DNA of 64,000 nucleotides from Candidatus Latescibacterota bacterium (GTDB taxonomy: Bacteria > Latescibacterota > UBA2968 > UBA8231). Shown in pieces: positions 59,401 through 64,000 of this stretch; position 1 is the stretch's first letter; every line of letters begins with the position of its first letter. The notes beneath the pieces are model-generated. The model saw only the letters and a list, made by a program, of their open reading frames with translations, was not told the origin of the DNA and searched no databases. Where the stretch lies: positions 3,168,001 to 3,232,000 of the forward strand of contig CBDETY010000003.1 of the NCBI GenBank assembly GCA_965243025.1, read 5' to 3'. Made by a program: the position numbers and the translations under genes.

Positions 59401-59708
59401 CACTGCGTCCTGCCGGCGGCGCCGCGCGCCCGGTGCGGCGGGACCGGAAGGCCGGAGGCCCCGCCGCGGCGGCGAACCGGCTCCCGCTCACCGGGGTCCG
59501 GCTCGGTCAGCTCGACCCCGAGCAGCGGCCTGATTCCCGCCTTCCGGCACTCGAGGTAGTGCAGGATCAGGCCGCTCATGCGGTCGGTGTCGGTGAGCGC
59601 CACGGCCGGCAGTCCCAGATCGCCGGCTCTCTCCACGATTTCCCCGACGGCGGGAACGCCGGCGTGGAAGGAGAACATCGAGTGACAATGAAGGGGAGCG
59701 TAGGTCAC
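56460..59708 (-). CDS. dnaE2: Error-prone DNA polymerase III alpha subunit (DnaE2-type)
   Basis: PHP LHCHSMFSF, RGSAANS, FQRFLN...PPDADLDF, HPGG, KFDILG, FCKSHS, OB fold. Short C-terminus and a Y-family partner downstream. Confidence 0.85.
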   Translation of the reverse strand: MTYAPLHCHSMFSFHAGVPAVGEIVERAGDLGLPAVALTDTDRMSGLILHYLECRKAGIRPLLGVELTEPDPGEREPVRRRGGASGLPVPPHRARGAAGRTQCPKVLLLARNAEGYGDLCRIVTDRHLAAADFSFARAFAREWPNLFLLTADPGLLQLLAAGPNRGRLFGELVRNSAFTRARSAALAAAAGSLGLPLAASNDSFFLDPGDWQVHRVLTAVGLNSTLSRLRPGEAAPRAAVLASPARMEELFADCPEALANTGEIAAACDVELELDQWIMPRASVPPGHTPESRLAELAAAGLEANYGGRSAALRERARQLQAMELEVISRLGYASYFLIVKEIRDWANERFRGGYRRPADCTILRGSAANSITFYNIGVSDLDPIRYDLYFQRFLNEDRASPPDADLDFGWDERELVYDFMVDRWGAERVAVTGTTIHFRARAAFRETAKVFGYTDGQVTAILESRKTRTQRIEDGEIAMLWRLARRLEGKPRYMGQHPGGVLIANGPISRHVACEPSGGAKNRAVTQIDMHNGIDELGLIKFDILGNGSLSVLRDALAQLDEQGIADPGVWDLEKCCADPRVREIVRRGRTKGIFYIESPAQRRLNQKAQAETFEEITVTSSLVRPAGSAYTQLYVERERKRKTGIRDWEFVHPALEPILRETHDVCAFQEDVTKICHQVAGLSFKQADMIRKMMNSQHEGAPDSGAWRDTERAFLQGCRDHSGLSGEQARELWKRVSSFTGFSFCKSHSATYAQLSFQCAYLKAHFPAQFLAAVISNGHGFYHRDVYLNEARRWGVRVLPMDVNESGVRYRGRGALMRPGMMHLRGVREKALEALVAERRAGGRFRDLPDLAHRVPGLHKKEIERLVLVGALDGFGPTQPELLWQLDDVAAAARGGAASAAPLIDGLALRPPVPEGLRDYSLAEKCLNELELLGYMISGEILEILDMHPAAAGAVPAADIGRCAGRRIRLFGRRVTDRVHRVQRSGEAMMFLTIEDKSESADVVLWPDVFERCADVVAGPGPFEVRGRVTEDWGTFTVEADSIRAVAWSPNEVDFELASRKLAASVEGVRRYGDVETAAA

Positions 59709-59769
59709 TTGAGTCGGACGGACGGGAAGAGGGGAGACCGGCCGGTGACGGTCGATTGACGAAATAGCT

Positions 59770-59805
59770 GCACATATGTTTAGTATCGAGATGAGGCCGT
59801 GTCAA
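59770..59805 (-). promoter_or_regulatory. Possible dnaE2 promoter (-35 TTGACA) with overlapping degenerate LexA-type box
   Basis: TTGACA at 59805-59800 on the minus strand. GCAC-ATAT-GTTT at 59770-59781 resembles GAAC-N4-GTTC with 2 mismatches. Confidence 0.35.
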
Positions 59806-59913
59806 ACGGAAAAAACGGCCCGCCGCGCCGGTTTTTGACGGATCGCCGCGGAGATTCGCAAACTGAAGAGGAAGCACGAACTCGGATACACCATTCAATC
59901 TTCAGATCCGCTC

Positions 59914-61119
59914 ATGATCCTTCCGCCTCCTCTTCTACTGGCCGCCGCTCTCGCCGCCGCAGTCGCGGGGTGCAGCCACACCGCCCCCTACTACCGGGCG
60001 GACGTCGCCAGCGGGGCCGCCGGCCAGGCCCTGCCCGCCGAAGACCTCGCTTTCCGCGTGATCCTGATCGGCGACGCCGGCGCCCCGGGTCCCGGGGAAC
60101 CGGTGCTGGCGACCCTGAAGGCGTGGGGGCGCAGGGACCCGGACCGCACCCTGGTCGCCTTCCTGGGGGACAACGTCTACGAGGACGGCTTCACGGGGGC
60201 GGACCGCCGCGACGAGGAGCGCCGCCTCGAGCGCCAGCTGGAGACCCTCGAGGGGTCGCCCGGGCCGCGGGGGCTGTTCATCCCGGGAAACCACGACTGG
60301 GCCGGAGGCTCGGAAGCGGGGCTGGCGGCGCTGAAGGCGCAGCAGGATTACGTCGAGCGCCGCCTGCCGCCGGGGAGCTTCCTGCCCCGGGACGGCCGTC
60401 CGGGGCCGGTGAAGATCGACCTGCCCGACTCCGCCGGCGCCGTGCTGCGGCTCGTCGCCGTCGACTCGCAGTGGTGGCTGCACGAGGGGCGGAAGCCGGA
60501 CGCCGACCGGGACCGGATCGTCGCCGGGCTCGTGCGCTGCCTGACGACGGACCTGCCGGTGGTCGTGCTCGCCCACCACCCGCTGGAGTCCGCCGGCAAC
60601 CACGGCGGGTTCTTCGACTGGCGCGACTTCCTGTTTCCGGTGACCCGGGCAACCGATGCCCCGTGGGCCTGGCTGATCCCGGCGCCCATGCTCTATCCCC
60701 TGGGGCGGAGGTTCACGCCGCTGGGGACCGGGCAGGACATCACCGCGCCGGCCTACCAGCAGATGAAGGAGGACCTCCGGGGCGCCTCGCGGGCGCGGGA
60801 CGCCGGGGGCAGGCTGCTCAAACCGCTCGCCTACGCCGCGGGGCACGACCACAACCTGCAGGTGATGGAGGGAGGGGAGTTCGCCGACTACCTCCTGATC
60901 AGCGGCGCCGGGTCGGCGGTGAAGATGCGCCCCGTCGGAGACCGGCCGCGGACGCTGTTCGCCCACGAGCACCCCGGCTTCATCCTCCTCGACGTGCTGG
61001 CCGACGGGTCGGTCTGGCTGCGGGTGGTCGAGCCCGCATTCGACGAGGCGGGGCAGCAACTCGACCCCGGGAGCGAGCCGGTGACGTTCACCCTGAGGCT
61101 CCGCGCCGGGGACCGGTAG
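59914..61119 (+). CDS. Metallophosphoesterase family lipoprotein
   Basis: Lipobox VAGC, LIGDAG, FLGDNVY, IPGNHDW, AHHP, AGHDHNLQ. Confidence 0.88.
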   Translation: MILPPPLLLAAALAAAVAGCSHTAPYYRADVASGAAGQALPAEDLAFRVILIGDAGAPGPGEPVLATLKAWGRRDPDRTLVAFLGDNVYEDGFTGADRRDEERRLERQLETLEGSPGPRGLFIPGNHDWAGGSEAGLAALKAQQDYVERRLPPGSFLPRDGRPGPVKIDLPDSAGAVLRLVAVDSQWWLHEGRKPDADRDRIVAGLVRCLTTDLPVVVLAHHPLESAGNHGGFFDWRDFLFPVTRATDAPWAWLIPAPMLYPLGRRFTPLGTGQDITAPAYQQMKEDLRGASRARDAGGRLLKPLAYAAGHDHNLQVMEGGEFADYLLISGAGSAVKMRPVGDRPRTLFAHEHPGFILLDVLADGSVWLRVVEPAFDEAGQQLDPGSEPVTFTLRLRAGDR

Positions 61120-61329
61120 CCCCCGGCGACCACTGCCGGGCGCGGGGGCGCGGGGGACCGGCAGCCCTTTGCGAAAAAACCGGGGCGCCGGGACAGGCCG
61201 AAAAGCAACAGCCCGGTCGGTCCCGGCCGCGGCAGATTCGCAGACCCCACACAGGCGGTCGGGTTGACGCCGTCCGGAGGGGGGCTTCAGGCCGGGGCCA
61301 GCCGCGGAATCCGCGTCAATCCGGCCGGC

Positions 61330-62337
61330 TCAGACAGGCTCTTCCGCCGACTTCATCCAGGCCTTGATGCGCTCGTGCCCGAGCACCCCGGTGTTGAGCA
61401 GGTGCCGCGGCCGCCTGCCGGCGATGGCGTCTGTTATCTGCGAGAAGGTCATGGAGTCGAGACGCCCCACCGATTCGACGGTGATGCCGCCGTTGTGGTT
61501 GGTGCAGATGATGCGCGGGTGATCCTTGTGGCGCTCGCGCGGGCCGTTTACGGGGTCGTCCACCACGTAGTAGAACAGCTTCTCCTCGCTGACCGCCCGG
61601 TTCACGGCCTCGTCGTCGACGAGGTTCCCCCGCGACGGGTTGATGAGCGAGGCGTGGGGCTGCATCGCGCAGAGCAGGTCCCAGGTGACGATGCAGTCGT
61701 CGCCGGCGACGTGGAGGGACACGGTGTCGCACTCCTCGAACAGCCGCCGCGGTTCCTCCACCGCCTCGGCGCCGAACCGGGCGGCGAGGTCGCCGATGTC
61801 CGGACGGATGTCGTACACCAGCAGCCTCCCGGTGTCGCCGAGCAGCGGCCTGGCGCGCATGGCTACCTGCTGCCCGATGCGGCCGAACCCGTAGAGCCCG
61901 AGAGTCGATCCCTGCGCCTCGAAGGTCCGGATGATCGAGAAGTCGCCGCCGTGAGACAGTTGGTTCAGGGTGTAGGTGCGCTTGAGGGTCGCCATCCACT
62001 GGGCGATCGTGTACTCTGCCACGGTATCCATGTGGACCGGAGTGACAGTGACGGCGACCCCGAGTTCGGTGGCGATGTCTATCTGAACCTTGTCGAAGCC
62101 GACCCCCCAGCGCGCGATCAGGCGCAGGTCCTCCCCCTGCTCGTAGAACTCCCGGTGCACGAGGGCGGAGTTGGCGATTACGCCGATCACGCCGTCCACC
62201 TTGTCGGCGGTGAGATCGCCGTCGTAGTCTTCGAGCTCGGCGATGCCGGCGAGTCGTTCCAGACCCTGGCGGCGGGTATCGGATGCGAACGCGTCGTTCC
62301 TGAAAATGGTGCTCAACAGCACTTTCTTCTTCGCCAT
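61330..62337 (-). CDS. D-isomer-specific 2-hydroxyacid dehydrogenase (SerA-like)
   Basis: ARWGVGFDKV, VAEY, GLYGFGRIG, LINPSRG, TNHNGG. Confidence 0.88.
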   Translation of the reverse strand: MAKKKVLLSTIFRNDAFASDTRRQGLERLAGIAELEDYDGDLTADKVDGVIGVIANSALVHREFYEQGEDLRLIARWGVGFDKVQIDIATELGVAVTVTPVHMDTVAEYTIAQWMATLKRTYTLNQLSHGGDFSIIRTFEAQGSTLGLYGFGRIGQQVAMRARPLLGDTGRLLVYDIRPDIGDLAARFGAEAVEEPRRLFEECDTVSLHVAGDDCIVTWDLLCAMQPHASLINPSRGNLVDDEAVNRAVSEEKLFYYVVDDPVNGPRERHKDHPRIICTNHNGGITVESVGRLDSMTFSQITDAIAGRRPRHLLNTGVLGHERIKAWMKSAEEPV

Positions 62338-62554
62338 TGGTCTCCCTTTGGGTGTTGCGCCCTTGATTACAGGTTGCCTACGCTAAACGGCCGGTGAAAG
62401 TCGCCCTGCGGGCGAGGCCGGGCAACAGCAGCCGGCCCCCCGTGCCGTCCGTTTCGAAGAGGCGGACAGGGGCCGGACGCCGGCGGGATTTGAGTCCGAC
62501 TCACTTGCCGGGCCCGCGCAATCCCGCCACTCAACCCGAACCGAGGATGACGAC

Positions 62555-63646
62555 ATGACCGCCGAAACCCGCGGCACCGCTTTCGTATACGCCGGCACCT
62601 ACACCAACGGCGACGACGGCATCTTCCGCTATCGCATGGACCTCGAGACCGGCGCCCTCGAGCCCGCCGGAACCACCCCGGCCCACAACCCGTTCTTTCT
62701 CCTTGTTGACCGGACCGGGAAGCTCCTCTACGCCACGGTCTCGCGGAACGGGGAGGAAGGAGACTTCACCGAGGGAGAGGTCGCGGCCTACGCCATCGAG
62801 CGGTCCGGCGAGCTTACCCTGCTCAACACCCAGCGCGCCCACGGCGCCTTCCCCTGCTACCTCGCGCTCGACCGGGGGCAGCGCCATCTGCTCGTCGGCA
62901 ACTACAACTCCGGCAGCGTCGCCGTGCTGCCGGTCGCCGAGGACGGGCGCCTCGGGGCGGCCACCGACGTCGTGCAGCACAGCGGCTCCAGCGTCAACGA
63001 GGAGCGCCAGGAGGGACCGCACGTTCACTCAATCGTTCTCGACCCGGCCGAGCGCTTCGCCTACGCCGCCGACCTCGGCATCGACAGGCACATGATCTAC
63101 GCCTTCGACGCCGGCGCCGGGAAGCTGAAGCCGGCGGCCCGGCCCTGGGTCGAAACCGCTCCCGGAGCCGGGCCGCGGCACTTCGCATTCCACCCGGACG
63201 GAGCGCGCGCCTACCTGCTGAACGAGCTCGACGGCACCCTCACCCTGTTCGACTACGACGCGGACAGCGGCGGGCTGAGCGAACGCCAGACGATCACCAC
63301 CCTGCCGGAGGATTTCACCGGCGAGAACTACGCCGCGGACCTCAGCATTCCGCCGCCGGGCGATTTCCTCTACTCCACCAACCGCGGCCACGACAGCATC
63401 GCCGTGTTCGCCGTCGACAGGGAGAGCGGGCTGCTGACCTTCGCCGCCCACGAGCCGGCGCAGGGGGGCTGGCCGTGGAACCTCGAGACCGACCCGGCGG
63501 GGCGGTTCATGCTGGCGGCGAACTACGAGAGCGACAGCGTCGCGGTGTGGCGGATCGATTCCGGAACCGGCAGGCTGATCCCGGCCGGGCACGGGGCCGA
63601 GGCCCCGAAGCCTACGGGTGTGGTCATGGCCCGGGCGGCAGGATAG
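62555..63646 (+). CDS. pgl: 6-phosphogluconolactonase (cycloisomerase-2 beta-propeller)
   Basis: YAGTYT, NYNSGSV, RQEGPHVH, DLGID, GAGPRHFAFHP, NRGHDSIAVF. Confidence 0.85.
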   Translation: MTAETRGTAFVYAGTYTNGDDGIFRYRMDLETGALEPAGTTPAHNPFFLLVDRTGKLLYATVSRNGEEGDFTEGEVAAYAIERSGELTLLNTQRAHGAFPCYLALDRGQRHLLVGNYNSGSVAVLPVAEDGRLGAATDVVQHSGSSVNEERQEGPHVHSIVLDPAERFAYAADLGIDRHMIYAFDAGAGKLKPAARPWVETAPGAGPRHFAFHPDGARAYLLNELDGTLTLFDYDADSGGLSERQTITTLPEDFTGENYAADLSIPPPGDFLYSTNRGHDSIAVFAVDRESGLLTFAAHEPAQGGWPWNLETDPAGRFMLAANYESDSVAVWRIDSGTGRLIPAGHGAEAPKPTGVVMARAAG

Positions 63647-63802
63647 GGCCGGCAACCTGTTTCAACTGAATACGGGACTTGCCCCAGAAACAGCCCAGGA
63701 TCTGGATTCTTTCTTCTGTATTTTGCCATGCCGCCTTGTTTGTTTCTTACCATACCCGAGAGTCAGGGGTCGGACATGCGTTTGAAACGGAGGAGGCAAC
63801 TG

Positions 63803-64000
63803 ATGAAGAATGGATATTCCGCCGCTCTGGTCCTGCTCATGGGGCTTGCCATCCCGGCCGGCGCCCACACCGGCGACCGCGTGTTCCCCATCCCCGAGCT
63901 GACCGATGAGATGCTGGAAGAGATCCGGCTCGACGATGGATCGATAGACGAGTGGTACGATCTTGTGGGCGAGCCGGTCATGACCCCGCTGGATTTCCAG
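63803..64000 (+). CDS. Secreted hypothetical protein, 5' part, paralog of 5021..5974
   Basis: MKNGYSAALVLLMGLAIPAGAHTGDRVFPIPELTDEMLEEIRLDDGSIDEWYDLVGEPVMTPLDFQ aligns with AHVGDRVYPI...DGLVDEWQDLVGEPSMTLLDF. GGAGG RBS. Runs off the window. Confidence 0.8.
   Translation, partial: MKNGYSAALVLLMGLAIPAGAHTGDRVFPIPELTDEMLEEIRLDDGSIDEWYDLVGEPVMTPLDFQ

Noticed and set aside
55035-59759. 1574-aa plus-strand ORF
   Set aside because: Antisense shadow of dnaE2 and the ImuB-like gene.

Overview
GC-rich bacterial chromosomal window, roughly 70% GC by eye. Gene content suggests an FCB-related candidate lineage such as Latescibacterota/Handelsmanbacteria (FlgD/T9SS-like C-terminal domains, a 'SWGRIK'-tailed secreted protein, UBact); this taxonomy is inference only. 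It carries catabolic genes (hydantoinase/oxoprolinase A+B, MlrC, sugar kinase/aldolase/ABC transporter), housekeeping genes (tRNA-Val, tyrS, guaA, gatB, lepB), a low-GC islet beside tRNA-Val with an IS remnant, two paralogous large secreted M6 metalloproteases, a complete UBact-type 20S proteasome operon (arc-dop-ubact-prcB-prcA-pafA) and a dnaE2/ImuB-like mutagenesis cassette. Most notable: (i) an apparent tyrosine-sensing leader-peptide attenuator upstream of tyrS; (ii) the UBact proteasome operon, whose ATPase lacks the GQYL docking tail and whose ligase gene overlaps a secreted protease gene; (iii) a eukaryote-like alkyl-DHAP synthase; (iv) a 78-bp tandem duplication of the tRNA-Val 3' end. 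All calls come from motifs read by eye; no database searches were run.
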